Assembly: GCA_964016885.1 (NCBI GenBank)
Contig: CAXHJY010000462.1
Coordinates: 62,001-126,000 of the forward strand
DNA length: 64,000 bases
Direction: 5' to 3'
From: Eledone cirrhosa
Lineage: Eukaryota
The notes under the pieces were generated by a model. The model was given only the letters and a program-made list of their open reading frames with translations, searched no databases and was not told where the DNA came from. Of this stretch, positions 24,690 to 38,700 are shown piece after piece; within the stretch, counting starts at the first letter, position 1; the number at the start of each line of letters is the position of its first letter. The position numbers and the translations under genes are program-made.

Positions 24690-27330
24690 GATATTATACA
24701 TCGCCATGATTTATCGAACAAAAGCGTATGTTTTCAAGTCTGGTACTTATTTTCGTGATCACTTTCTCTCGAACTACTAAATTATGGGACTTAAACACAT
24801 ACATACATGATGGTCGCCTGCTCCATACAAATCTTCCCCAAATCTTGGTCTTCATGTATGTTCCTTCCTGGCATGAGATCTCAAATAGTCCTGAAAGCCT
24901 GTGAAAAACCAGTCCACAAATAATACAATGTTGTCTCATTCAGTTTCACTTTGGATTTGCTTATTGTGTATGTTCAGATGTTGCTTAAGTCCACCACCTG
25001 ATTGTACATTTTCTAAAAATAGATGGCACTAGAACTGATTTTCTGCAACCAGATTTGAATAGTTAACATGGACTTAAACATCATGTGCTCGTAGGTGTGA
25101 CTCTAAGCCCGAGTTAATCACACCTTAGGACACAGTTCATGTGAAAACCAATGCTGGATAAGATACAGGCAGTCTCGGTAGAGGGTTGAACACCATGCTT
25201 TCTAGTATAGTTACGTCCCTTTACGGTCTGAGTTCAAATCCCGTCGAGGTTGACTTTGCTTTTCATCCTTACGGGGTCGATTAAATAAAGTACCAGTAAT
25301 GTACTGGGTAATTGCTGGCATTGTGTCAAAAAGTAGAAACAATTATTATTATTGGTCTCAATCTTCCGCACTATTCTTTTCAGTTCTGTATGTTTTACCA
25401 TCTGTTTCAAATGCTTTAACTCCATTCTAATGCTTTAACTCCATTTCTCCAGGCCACTCTATCTGCTGTACATTATTCAAGACTTTTGTAGGATATGTTA
25501 AGGCATTTTATGTCTGTTTCTAGAGAGGGTCTGTATCTCCTCCTTGGCTTACTATTTAACCTGTTGCTCTGCTTCAATTCACCTTAAAATACTTTCTTTA
25601 GAATGAGTCTCTCACCCATACGAATCATGTGACTGGTCGATGTTAACTGACGCTTAACAAGCATAGCTTGCGTAGATTTATATAACTTTTGTCCTCGCAA
25701 GAATCTCAGTGTCTGGAACGAATGTTATTTAACTTCTTCACAGCTGTGGTGATGTCATCTACTGAAGGCTAAGAAAACATACCCCTGATGACTGGAAGGT
25801 TGACTATTCTCTCAATTGTATCCACATTCACATTTCATGGCCTTTTAAGCAGATCAGTGTAGTTTTGCACCTAACATATCTGCATGAATATGACATCCGT
25901 AAAGAACTGTTGTCCATCAACACGTGTCACAGGGAATAAATCTGTTGCTTTAAGACCAAATACACTTTTATATATGAAAAGAAGGGTTCAGTGTAGTGTA
26001 TTTGTGGTCTGCAGCTGCTTGTCCTTCTTTGATTTCTGTTGCCACCAATTTTCCTTCATTTGTCGACGAGTGTTCTAAAGGGTTGATTTTATAACATTAA
26101 ACTTACTGATTTTGTTGGGATTTTCTAACTTTGCTAAAATCTTTTTGCACATTTCTTCTTTATGAAGCAGAATTCTGGACACTTCCAAGTTATTACAAGC
26201 AAACCAATCAGCTACCTTCTTGGATTTGATACCCAAAGTGACCGATACAACTTCTTAGCCTTGAGACATGAAATTCTCCCAAAAGTTATCTTCCTCGAGA
26301 GTAATGCTCATAAATCTATCTTGAAACCCTTTTAACAGTGTAGGGGATTTGGAGCATGCAGTGATTATTTTCTTTGGGATTATAGACTCCGCATTTCCAA
26401 TTTTTTGCCTGATTCTGAAATTAGATTTCTTTCTAACAAGCCTATGGTCCGTCCAACAATTTTCACTTCTCATTACTCGGATACTAGTGACATCATACAA
26501 TATTGCTTTGCGAGCTAATATATAGTCAAAAGGGTGCCAGCGCTTAGACCTATGGTGCAGCCATGTGTTTTACATTTATCTTTTTGCTTGAAGAAAGTAT
26601 TTGAGATAGCTAGATGGCGTTCTGTACAAATAGTAAGAAGAGATAGTCCATTTTCGTAGCATTTATCAGTGCCATGCCCCCTCAAATTAGGCCACATTGC
26701 ATTATCTGATCCCACTCCTGCATTAAAGTCACCCATGATGTCTAGCTTCTCCTCCCTTGGAATATTTTTCCCCAGGATTTTAAGCTCTTGAAAAATTGTT
26801 TCAATACTTTCAGTGGAGTGTGCCATTGTCGGTGCATAAACACTCACAATTGTCAGGAATCGATCTTTTAGCAGGAGAATAAATTATATCATGCGTTCAA
26901 GTACGCCGCTTGGAAATTCTTGAATACAGTCTAGTGTTGATATTTTAATTGCAAAACTACCACCGGAATCTATCATTTGGCCTTCAGGCAAACCTTTCCA
27001 AAAGAAAGTGTAACCTAGTGGCTTTTCATTTAGGTCATCATCTGCAGATAGACGTATCTTAGATACGTCTATTTGCAGATCGAGCAGATCATATTTATTA
27101 GTTTCTTTTGCAATTAACGCTGTGCGACGTGCGAGTGCGAGTTATTATTCTCTGAGAGTGCGTATAATTCCAACAAGTAAACTTCCTATTGAACCTGAAT
27201 TTCTTTTGGGGCTGATTGTTTGTGTTTGTTACAGTAACAGGATGACGATTGGGACCGGGCTTTGGTATCTTAGCATGCCTGCAGGGCCGGACCTGTTCAC
27301 TAGAAAATCCCAAGCACTTGTATGAGACAC
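24690..27330 (-). mobile_element. Decayed, internally deleted RTE LINE (APE endonuclease, zinc-finger tail) with a SINE inserted
   Basis: SVYAPTM, MGDFNAGVG, GHGTDKCYENGLSLL, SNTFFKQK, ENCWTDHRLV. C2H2-like remnants at 24700-25050. Confidence 0.8.
25168..25352 (+). mobile_element. tRNA-derived SINE
   Basis: A-box-like ggcagtctcggtagag, B-box gagttcaaatc, family core and tail agtagaaacaattatt. Confidence 0.85.
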
Positions 27331-27749
27331 TTCAATTAGAATCATGGATTCATTTTTAGGTTAATACCAAACCCTTGTTACGACTTGAAATAACGAAGAA
27401 AGTGTACAAGATGTAACTGTGCAAAATATTGTTTACAGTGGATATAGCATGCACAATACTACCTACACTGTTTGGTGCATGAATTTGTTATGTGTGACAA
27501 ATCGTATGACAAGCCTGAATACTTCATGTAAATCAGGTTTTACATTAGAGTTATTCTTCTCCAAGGTCACCGAGCTCACTGAAGCACTACCCACACCCCC
27601 ACAAAATGTATTAATGGTTAAAAACCCACATAAACTTATAAAAGAGTTCAAAAGTATGTACCTGTGTACATGATTGATTGGATAGCCGTTGACTCTTCTG
27701 AGTCCCTCCACCTTTACATACATACATGCATACGTGCATACATACATGG

Positions 27750-28355
27750 TGGCTGCCAACTCGCTTTCGAGTACGGCCACTACTTTATATCCATGTAGGA
27801 GAACCCCTACCAATGCGCTGAACGAGTGTGACTTTTTAGTCCAGCCAGCGACTTGAAAACTCTGGTACAAACACTACACTTGTGACAATTATTGACACAT
27901 AGTGCTGGGCCCATGGTACCATGTGACGACAAGTGCAGAGAGATCTCCAGATATAAAGCAATGCCTGTGCCGTGAAGCTTTTATAGTGAGCAAAGGCACT
28001 GCACAAAGCCAGTCCCACTCTCTTAACCAAGATGATATTTACCAAAAAGAAGAACAAGTCAACATCATTGGATACCATCAGAGTTGCAGGTGTTATATCA
28101 GAGTTTTCCTTCTCCTAGAATTCTGCCTTGACAAAGGCTAAGGGGTCATCTCTCCCGGTGATTTTGGATGGCCATTGACTCTTAAGAGCTCCTTTGCCCT
28201 TTGACAGGTTTTGTTTTTAGTCCTGCAGGATGTCCAAAGTCACCCTCCTCACCAAGAAACCTTGGTGGGGTTGCCAGTTTAGTCGCCAACGACCCGACCA
28301 TGAGACGGGTTGTACTGGGATACATGTTACCAGTAGCACCAACTAGTGACCTGAC
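27750..28355 (-). mobile_element. Probable RTE LINE 5' UTR region
   Basis: GC-richer structured segment (ggcgactaaactggcaacccc...aaacctgtcaaagggc) upstream of and co-oriented with the RTE endonuclease. The assignment is inference. Confidence 0.45.
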
Positions 28356-28359
28356 ATAA

Positions 28360-28567
28360 TACATGCATACATACATACATACATACATACATACATACAT
28401 ACATACATACATACATACATACAGGCAGACAGACAGACAAACGTGCATACATACATACATACATACATACATACATACATACATACATACAGACAGACAG
28501 ACAGACAGACAGACAAACGTGCATACATACATACATACATACATACATACATACATACATACTACAT

Positions 28568-28598
<31 letters not shown>

Positions 28599-28776
28599 AA
28601 CGTACAAATGAGTTTATATCGAAATAAAAAATATCGACTACATACATACTATACATACATACATGCATACATACATACATACATACATACATACATACAT
28701 ACATACATACATACATACATACATACATACATACATACACACAAATGAGTTTATATGAAATAAAAATATCGACTCG
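28360..28776. repeat. (TACA)n/(CAGA)n compound satellite with a duplicated 35-bp spacer
   Basis: caaatgagtttatat(c)gaaataaaaa(a)tatcgact occurs at about 28605 and 28742. Confidence 0.85.
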
Positions 28777-29056
28777 TTGCACTATAACCTCTCAATGTAA
28801 ATTTTTTATATAAAGACCAAAAACATTGCACACTCATAAGCGATATCATTTATAATGTATTGCAAATAAATAACATAGAACCACGCAGAAGAGTAAAAAT
28901 AATACTTATATAACATTAGCTAAATACAGTCATATATACAACGGATAATTAGTAACGTATAGCAGTTGACCCTCATCAGTAGGCCAACTTTTTTAATTAG
29001 ACAACATATTAACTGTCAATAATCTGTTAGACACGCTGTGACTAACAACAGAATGT

Positions 29057-29367
29057 TTTAAGTCTGCGTGTCTTGTTTTTGTGTGTGTTGGACAACACAC
29101 ACAAAAACAAGATGGCGTCGGACAGAACAAAGGAGTGGCACAAAATAAAGAAAATAATCCCCAGTCACTGAAAAGGTCAAAGCATATGGGACGAAAGAAC
29201 TTTGACAATATATAAACAACCATCCGGTTGTGGAACCAACCAACCAGCCAGAAATTTATAAAATTTATGAAATTTCTATTTATAAAATTTATAAAATTTA
29301 TAATAAATTGAAGTGAAATCATCTGGTGCGTGTGTTACGTATTGGCAACATGACCCTCCCAAAGTAT

Positions 29368-29372
<5 letters not shown>
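29057..29372 (+). mobile_element. Solo PLE pLTR of the 50027-51224 family, decayed HHR at 29164-29206
   Basis: Reverse-complement match to 50027-50310. gtca-CTGAAAA-ggtc...gac-GAAA-gaac-TT-tgac. Ends in (TA)n. A short terminal piece also occurs at about 59560-59592. Confidence 0.85.
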
Positions 29373-29456
<84 letters not shown>

Positions 29457-29560
29457 TAAAATAACAGATTAGAGTTTAAGCAAAGAATCCATAGTGTTCA
29501 CATTTATTATTATTACTATTGTATGTATATATATATACATACATATATATATATATATAT

Positions 29561-29679
<119 letters not shown>

Positions 29680-30139
29680 TATACATACATATATATGTAT
29701 GTATGTATGTATGTATGTGTGTTATGATATCATTTGGGGCAAATGCATACGATATCGCTCGATGTGTGTTTTTTGCGATGCATGTTATTGGTCGCCATAA
29801 GCAAGTCCATACCAGGACTAAAATTCCACGTCCATGATGCTCATACTTAAGTATCAATCGATGCTATTACTCCAAATCGAGTTGCAGCCATCATGTAAGT
29901 TGTGTATATACGCCAGGATTTTAGACATTCCATTTCCAATAGTCCCCTCATAATGCATTGATCAATCTGAAGCTATATTAAACAACGCTACCCGAAGTCC
30001 TTCGCAGTGACCCTGTATCTATGACTGCGTGGCTGGGAAGTCGTCCAGGATTTTTTTTAAATATCACATACACACTGTCTTTCCATGAATATGGGAGACT
30101 AAAAGGAATTAGCGTCGCCGAGTACGTTAAAAACGTCAC

Positions 30140-30178
<39 letters not shown>

Positions 30179-31199
30179 TCTCTCTCTTTATCTCTCTCTT
30201 CCACCATTCCCCCTTTCTCTCTTTCCCATACACTCTGTCTCCTTTCCATAGCGTGACGGCTACTATATCTTTTTTTTTACACTTGATGTATCTTTTCGCT
30301 ATTCAACAGAAAACACGTAATAAGTTTCAACAATTTTTTTCTTATATTCATAAACAATAGCTTAACCTTTTCGATCAACTTTTCCAAGTATACAACACCT
30401 GCAATATTGCAATTTTTATTTTAATAACTATTATCACATTTTGGTTATTAATCCTTTTTTTATTCCATTATTTGTTAGCCAGCTGCACTGTTTTGTTCCT
30501 GTTAAATCGCTCATTAAACAATAAACCAGCATTACTATACAAACCAGTAGAAGTTAAACAATGTGGTGACTTGAAATACACGCACATGAGAACCAACAGC
30601 TCTATATTGCTTAACAAAATGAATTAACTGGAGGAGAAAAACACACATAATATATGAAAAAGAAGATTGCTTCCGAGTGTTCCCATATGATAGAAATTTA
30701 ACATATCATAAATATACGATGAGATAAAATAATTCTGTCCAGAAAATGTAGTGCGTTTTTAGATGAAGAAAGACTTACGCGAGTTAGCGATGATGCACTG
30801 GATATATATAATGTAATGTAGATGAGTAGGAAGGTGGACTGTTCTCAGTCGATATAAGTAGCGGTTCCCACGTGCGTGTGCGTGGAGGTAAACTTAAGTG
30901 CTTTTAAGTTTTATATCATATACTGTGTTGATTATTTGTAAGTTCTATAGTAATACTATAGTCATTTCTTGGATTTATATTTATCGTATAACACTATTGC
31001 CCTTAGTGTATAACGAAGTTTATCCAGACATATGTGTATGTAACCCCTACACACGAACAACAACAACAGCACCAACAAAAAACAACAACAACAAAACAAG
31101 GGGAAACGACACTTGTCCCAATAACAACAACAACAATAACGGCAACAGTGACAACAGCAGCAAAATAAACAACACCACAAATAACAATATCAAAAGGAA

Positions 31200-33500
31200 C
31201 ATCAATTTCAGCACATTCGCAGTTGACACCTAAGACAAGGAAGGACATTTTGCCCAGGCATGGAAACTCATTAAGAGATAAAAGTAATGGGTCAACCTAA
31301 CCGTCCCAGTGGACGTAATGCCAACAACACGAAGGACACTGAATTACAGATGCATTTCAAAAACAAAAACGAAATGGGGAGTTCTCCCCAATTAAATCAC
31401 AAGTGGTGGCAGTACTGATATTGCATCAAGGAAGACATAGAACACAACAAGGACCAGACAGTTCGGCACCATCTTGGTGCTGTTCAAAACAGAGGTCTTT
31501 GCCCTAAAACACTCGGAGATTTCCTGTGCCTCTCCTAAATGGGTAGGAGGACCCTGAAGGTCCGCATTCACCAGGACTGAATATATGATAGCTCTTAGAA
31601 TGCGATAGCCTCCTCCACGAAAGAATTAAGAGACAAGACTGATCCAGGATGAATTTGGAGATTCTTCTCCAAACCAAACCGGTCGAACTTTAAAACATCC
31701 CGGATAATGTTCCCCTACATGACATGGTCAGACAAACATGTATCATTTAGGGCAGCCGGACATACTGTTTTGTCAGTTGCGAAGCAAACCATCTACGATC
31801 ATTCTGCCCTAAGCTGAAAGTGGGTGACGATGTCCTTTGCTGCAAACACCAGTACAGGGACATAAACGAACAACACTAACCGACGCTGCTGGACAAAGAG
31901 CACCAGCAGCTGCAGTACCAACAGAGACAGTAACTCAACAGCCACCACCAGCAACGATTCAAGACTCCACCCAGGAGGAGTAAAGTGCTCCCTCTCTCTC
32001 TATCTCCACCCACTGTAAACACACACGAAGTGACAACAATACTTACAACCTGTGCAGATACCACCAAAACAATTTCTACCAGTAATGGTCAAGAGAAAAA
32101 ACAGAAAATACCCTCCCCCCCACAAAAAAAAAAATGCAATTACGCAAAATATCACACAACTCTTCTTGTCAAACACCAGCACGTATATCAGAAAATCGAA
32201 CGACAACAAACGCGTAAACTAAACCACCTGCACCACTACCCCATATTGCAACATAACCCACATAGACACAACTTACAAAACTTTCACTACAACGACCAAA
32301 AGATGACACAAACACGCAACCAACAATTCAACACAGTGAAGTCAGTGGTGCTGGAGGTGACCAGCACCGAAAGTTATACTTTCAGGCTAGTGGCTGTTTA
32401 TGTCCCGACAGGGGTAGGACAGCCTGATTCCTTCAGGCGACTGGAGACCTTCCAAGAAGTAACGCGCTCTTTAATGTTAGTGGTTGATTTGAACCGGATC
32501 TTGGATGAACTCTGAGACTGTGTGGGACTAGCGGATACGGGAGGAGAGTATAAAAGTCTCGCAAACCTTCTCAGACGATTCCTACTGTCTGACAGGTACC
32601 GACTGGATTTTTCGAATGTGCCAATGTGGACATGGAAAAACCGCATCGGGTCATCCAGATTGTATCTAGATACAGTATTTTGTAAGAAAGTATATAGTTC
32701 GAGCATAATTTGTTCATAATTCAAGATAATTGATTACACGCATCACAAATCCGTGATCTGTGTGGTCGATTTAGATAGGCTTCAAAAACAGAGACCCGGC
32801 CACTGTAAGCTAAACGCGTCACTCACACCGTGCAAAGCCTAGAGACCAGATTAGCGAACTATATAAACGGGCATCGTCGTCAACAACAAATGAAACTCCA
32901 CCTTGGCTTTCAATAGAGTGTTTGTGGAGGGCAAGAGCGACGACCTCACTGGAAACACTCTGGGCGTCGAGGAAAATCAACTAGCCAATCTCTTCAGAAG
33001 TTTTGGGACAAGGCTCATTCACAGATTTCAGAAATAGCTGGCCTGGCAGTGCTACCGAGGATCTTTGCCTGTTCGAGATAAAAGTTATAGGCATGAAAGT
33101 GCCGTCAGCCGGACCAGTCCGAGATGCACTCATGGAGACGAAACCGTCCTGCACGCAATCTTTCATTGTCTAAGCATTGCTGACTTGTGGGTTTATGTCG
33201 AACACCTGAGTCCATCGTAAATATTGGCCCGCTGCCTTGCTTTTAGCCGAGAAGGGCAGGCTGTTTTATTTGTTTGATGGCCGTGGCGAAAGATATCGTG
33301 TGGTGGAAACTTTTGAAAAGGTTGATGTCGAGCATTTAATTCTTCGGCGAAGACCTGATTAGCGTTTTCAGTTTTTTGTTACATCATTTTTTTTTTTTTT
33401 TTTTTTTTTTTTTCACGCAGAAATGCCCATTTGTACCATCTTGTGTTGCTCTTAATGTTATGTTTTGTGTCAATCCTTGTGGTTAATAAAGAAAATATTA
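31200..33500 (+). mobile_element. Decayed, internally deleted L1/Tx1-type LINE
   Basis: ORF1 zinc-knuckle remnant near 31765. APE motifs FRLVAVYVPTG and TWKNRIGSSRLYLDTVF. C-terminal cysteine-rich remnant near 33120-33175. AATAAA tail. Confidence 0.7.
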
Positions 33501-34087
33501 TTACGTCTTCGTTAATTTATTACAAGTTTCTGCTTCATTATCTAGGTAAGCCGCCCTTTTACTTTTGAATGAAAACTATTACGTAAGCGTATGTTTTGTA
33601 AGTGTTTCGTATATGGGCACCTAATGTATACTTACTGTCAATTTAGTATTACTATGGAGTTCAGCTTGTTGTTTCTATTGTTCTTTTATGTATGTTGTGT
33701 ATGGGATGTGTAAATTTCGTTGTATTATGGTACCCAGTATTGGGAAATTCTATAGTTATTAATATATTGTTAATTGTTACCTGCTTTGCTATTTTACACG
33801 TTTTTTAATGTAAAACCCCATTGCCCTATTCTTTTCCATTCTCCTTTATGTTTCGGCCCTAGTGGCCAATAAAGAAATAATATTTATTTATCGTTCTCTA
33901 TTCTCTCTTCTTTCGTATGGTTTATAATCGCATTCAGCTACTGATATATTCGCTGCACATACAATGCTTCACTTCATATTTACTAATACATGTAATATAT
34001 ATATCACTGAAACCAGAATTGCCAAGTCTACTATGACTCGTATATCACAGAGTGCTCTGCTTGCAAGGCAAGATCATTTTGGTATAT

Positions 34088-34143
<56 letters not shown>

Positions 34144-34240
34144 GCATAAATATACACCGACACACAGATCCATATATATATATATATGTGTGTGTGTGTG
34201 AGTAGAGAGAGAAAGAAAGAGTGAGAGAGAAAAACAGAGT

Positions 34241-34291
<51 letters not shown>

Positions 34292-34649
34292 GGATAGATA
34301 GATCTATATATAGATATATGAATAAAATCTAACAATATTGCTTTTGTGGCTAAACCCCATTGCTCGGTTTCGCGTTTTTACCAATTTGTTGTAGCGTATC
34401 TTCATTTTATCCAATTCATTTTTTTATTCTTCTCCGCATAAGGAGCGCTGCTGTATAATTCAATAACAGTATTGTCCAGGTTTTTGATCATTTAATTTTA
34501 TCGATTCTATTTGATTTGGTTTCGAAAATCTCCCCCTACTCCTCATGCATTGTTCTCCCTGTGTTGTATTTCATGTTCTACTGCTTCTCGCACCATTAAC
34601 CACATATTTATAGGTAACGCTCTTTTTACAGTTATTGTCTTATTATATG

Positions 34650-34975
34650 GAAGAGTGGTTGTTGTCGCTGCAAATACGAAACGATTATGAAGTTTGTTTC
34701 GTAATCATAAGGTCTCGTGTTTAATCCAATGTTCGGGGATCTTGGGCAATATCATTTAGCATAACCTCGGGTCGACAGCCCTTGTGAATTAAATGAGGTT
34801 CCCGTAAAATGTTCTAAATTCCGTTGGGTGTACCGTACCTGTAATTGGCACGTACTCCGTCACTTCTCCTGAGAATTAATTAATGCTACACGGATTTGAA
34901 GAATGCGTAGCCACTTACACTTAATTCATGAGCAAACTGTTCCCTTAATCAATCTACTGGTACATTCATCGTAGA
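34650..34975 (+). mobile_element. Old SINE of a second family (similar remnant about 22600-22900)
   Basis: tRNA-like head and a tail ccacttacacttaattcatgagcaaactgttcc...ctggtacattcatcgt similar to 22825-22895. Confidence 0.45.
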
Positions 34976-35074
34976 AAGTTCTTCTCCCCACAGATTTAAT
35001 CCCGCTGAGATCATCTTATGATTTTACCTTTCTGAGGTCGATTAATCAAGTAACAGACAAATATAATTTTAAAA

Positions 35075-35262
35075 GGTGGATTGGCAGTATCTGTAGAGCG
35101 TCATACACCATGCTTTGCAGCATGAGTTACAGGCCTTTATATTCTGAATTCAAATCCGCCAAGGTTACCTTTGCCTTTCATCATTACGAGGTCGATAACA
35201 TAAAGTACGAGTAATTCACTGGGGTATTAGCTGTCCTTGTACAAAAAGTAGAAACAATTATT
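35075..35262 (+). mobile_element. tRNA-derived SINE
   Basis: Head ggtggattggcagtatc, B-box gaattcaaatcc, family core and tail. Confidence 0.8.
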
Positions 35263-35320
35263 TAAAAACCTATGTATGGCATCATATCGTTTCCAATATA
35301 TATCTTTAAACAAAAACAGA

Positions 35321-35480
35321 AATAATTGTTTCTACATTTGGCACACGGCCATAAATTAACCTTATGCGTTACTGGTGGTTTATTTTATCGACCCCGTATG
35401 GATGAAAGGCAAAGTTAACCTCGGCAGGATTTGAACTCAGATCGTAAAGGACTGGCGCTCTACCGATACAGTCAATCCAC
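35321..35480 (-). mobile_element. tRNA-derived SINE
   Basis: Family core on the minus strand. Confidence 0.8.
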
Positions 35481-35591
35481 AGCAATATTTATATCGGCCT
35501 GGTGATTTACTGGTACTACATCTTATCCACATTCGAAAGATGGAGTGAAATGTGCATGCCAAAGAATTCTCTCCAGCGACCACAAAATAAT

Positions 35592-35772
35592 TGTTTCTAC
35601 TTTTCGCACAAGGCCATCAATTACCCAGTACATTACTGGTACTTTATTTTATCGACCCCGTAAGGATGAAAAGCAAAGTTAACCTCGGCGGGATTTGAAC
35701 TCAGACCGTAGAGGGACGTAACTATGCTGGAAGGCATGGCGTCCGACCCTCTACCGATACCGCCAATCCACC
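35592..35772 (-). mobile_element. Full-length tRNA-derived SINE with 18-bp TSD
   Basis: TSD cagcgaccacaaaataat at 35574-35591 and 35773-35790. A and B boxes tggcggtatcgg and gagttcaaatc. Confidence 0.9.
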
Positions 35773-35799
35773 CAGCGACCACAAAATAATGAAAATTAT

Positions 35800-38700
35800 A
35801 ATGATTCTTATTTAATTATTGGCTTTAAGAGCCAAATATAGAGGACATTACAAAGACAGGAATAGTATGGGATTTGCATAAACACGTGTGAAAATATGAT
35901 AACAAAATTATTTACAAAAAATATATAAATAACACAATTCCCTTATGGGGGAAGAGCCACCCAAGGACGACTCACGTACCCCACCAATCATCAACCAACC
36001 AACACTTCGAGAGCACCCGGGCAGGACACACCTCTCCTTCTCAAATTAACCAGGCTACAAGCGTGCTCAGAGTAGACCCATTCTCGCCACATTCATCCAT
36101 CTTTTAGCAAATGTACTTCTCTCCACCCTCACCTTCCTTTTTCTTTAGAGAAGAGAAAAGTGTCTCTCTTCAGTATTTTCAGCCTCGTCCACTACACAAC
36201 ATCTTTCGTTACAGCCACCAGTCAGAGGAAAATTACCTGCCTTTCCCAGTCAAAAGAAGGCGGTGCGGCATCTTCGCTATGGATTCGGTCATAACCGGAT
36301 CCGTCATACAGGATATATCAGCTGTTGGACAAAACACCACAAATCAATAATTGTTTCTACTTTTGGCACAAGTCCAGCAATTACCCAGTGCATTACTGGT
36401 ACTTTATTTTATCGACCCTGTAAGGATGAAAGGCAAAGTTAACCTCCGCGGGATTTGAACTCAGTCCGTAAAGGAACGAATCCAATAATGGACGGACATT
36501 AGACGAGTGCGTGTAGAACGATTTCATCGTTCTGTGCGCATAACGACAGGTGCGTCTGAACACACTTCCGTGTCCGTAGAATTTATCTCGAACCGGTAGT
36601 GCACCTCACTAGTACTACCAAACTAAACATTTCTGGAAGTTATCCATAGTCCCCGGTTCTAAATTCATCCCGGACAGACTGGTCAATTCAATTTCATAGT
36701 CACCCAGAGTTCGACCGAAAGTGTCGTCACACTTGTCCACCAATATTCCTCTATAGAACTCAAAACTGAAATTTCCACTGACAGCATTGCCTAACTGTTG
36801 GAGGGCATAGAGTGTCTTGCAACATTCCAGATGCCAAGTGACCAGTCTCGGTATTTTTTTGACACAGGATTGCAGCTCAGTCAAAGAGAAGAGCTGCGGA
36901 AATGTTTGTCTCATAGACAGTGACCACACATGTTCACCGTTTACGAATATCTGAAGATTCCGAAGCCTCGGAGCATGTTTGCACTTCATCAGACACGGCA
37001 CGCCCGGCCTCCTCTGGAAAGTGGAAGATCAGACGTTCCAATTTGGTGAGGCACGAACGGGTGCAAGGCATGACGGTTTAGAAGGTAGTAAATGACGAAC
37101 GTGATGTACAAGTTCACCAGCCGACCTTTCAAGGACAACATCCTCTCATCGTATTTCTGGATGAAAGAGGCTACTCAGTTTGTACTCTCGTTCCAATTCT
37201 TATCCACCTGGCGGTTTCGTCCGAACCAAACCCCCAGCAACTTTACCAGTCCATTCCTCCAGTAGCTAACGACGATTTTGAGCTGCAGGGTTTTGCCTCT
37301 CCATGTGCCAAGCTGCAAACCCATGAAATTTTCGGGTTCAGTTTAGCTCCCGTCAAACTTTCATATTCTCCTACGATGGTACCAAACATCTCGATTCCTG
37401 AGCTGTTCAACACCATCACAGTGATATCCTCCGCATATGCAGTCACAGCCTTTCCATGTCTCAGTTCGAACGGGATGCCCTGCAACAGCTACAGCTTCCG
37501 CAGCAAAGGCTCGAGCGTCAATACGCAGAGAAGGCAGGAGAGATGGCGGCCTTGACGAACCGATCAGACCTGATAGTGATCAGGCCTCTGAAGAAGGGAC
37601 CGATGTCAGCTGCCTTGAAGACAGCCTCTAGATATCGATGGTCAACCCTATCGAAAGCATTCGATTGGTCTACATTGACCAGAGTCCCACCGAAGCCAGG
37701 TTTACAACCTAGCCTCTCTATGATGTATCGCATGAGATGAGGTTGTCTTGTATGGACCTTAACGGGATTGCGCATGTGCGCGGCTCCCCAACCATATCCG
37801 CTAACATCTTGGCCAAAATTTTAAATTATGTGCTTTGCATAATTATGGGCCTGAAATTGTCTAATGTATTTCCCTTGGTCTCGTCTTTTTTATCAGCGTC
37901 ACTACGCCCCGGCTCACAAATCTGAGAGTACTCCAGTTCTGCTGCCAGTTGCAGTAGACCGCTTCGAGAAGATCGGAGAACAAGTCTAGTATATCAATGT
38001 AAAGCTCGTAGGGCAGACCACCCACACTTGGTGATCCGTGAATTGTGCAGCCGCCTATGCCATCCCGAGTCTCGGCTGAAGTTATCAGCCCTTCGTAAGG
38101 CTCAGCATCGGCGAGGGAGAGATGCTGTAGGCCGTCAAGTCAGGGACTGAAATCTGCCACCGTCTCCCCCACTACCACCACCACTACACGTCCCAATCAG
38201 CAGCTGAGCAAAGTGCTGAGCAAAGACCTCACACATCTGTCTGGAATCGTTCAGCTCACATGCATCTCGGTTCGTCAAAAATCGTGGTTTTGTTACTACA
38301 CTGCACCTCTGACACGTGCGCCCATCGAACAGCTTTGGTTCCCTCATTTCTTCGAGCATACACCTTAACTCTGACAATGCAACCTTCAAGTTCCGCACTG
38401 AAGAAATGGTTTAGTGATATTCTCGCCGCTAGCACGTCAGTTACCATGCCACTACTTATAGCCTCGTCTGATTTAGTTAACAGCTACACCTCCTTTCTAT
38501 ATTTCCCTAACGCTAGTTCTTTTCTAAAACCTATAGACATTATTCTAATCTCTTTGCTGAAAGGCCCCAACGACCACCTGTTGTTGACAACCCTCTCTGT
38601 TAATTTTTGTTTAGCTAAATTTTCGACGCGGTCCCAGTAAGCCATACGTGCCGGAAACGTAATACAAATTACAAATTTGTGATCTGAATAAGCGACCGTT

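Noticed and set aside
28930-28990. CTGATGA on the minus strand as an HHR
   Set aside because: I found no downstream GAAA plus NUH with matching stems.
35592-35772. tRNA gene
   Set aside because: A and B boxes are present, but the unit is a multi-copy SINE with a TSD and I saw no intact cloverleaf.
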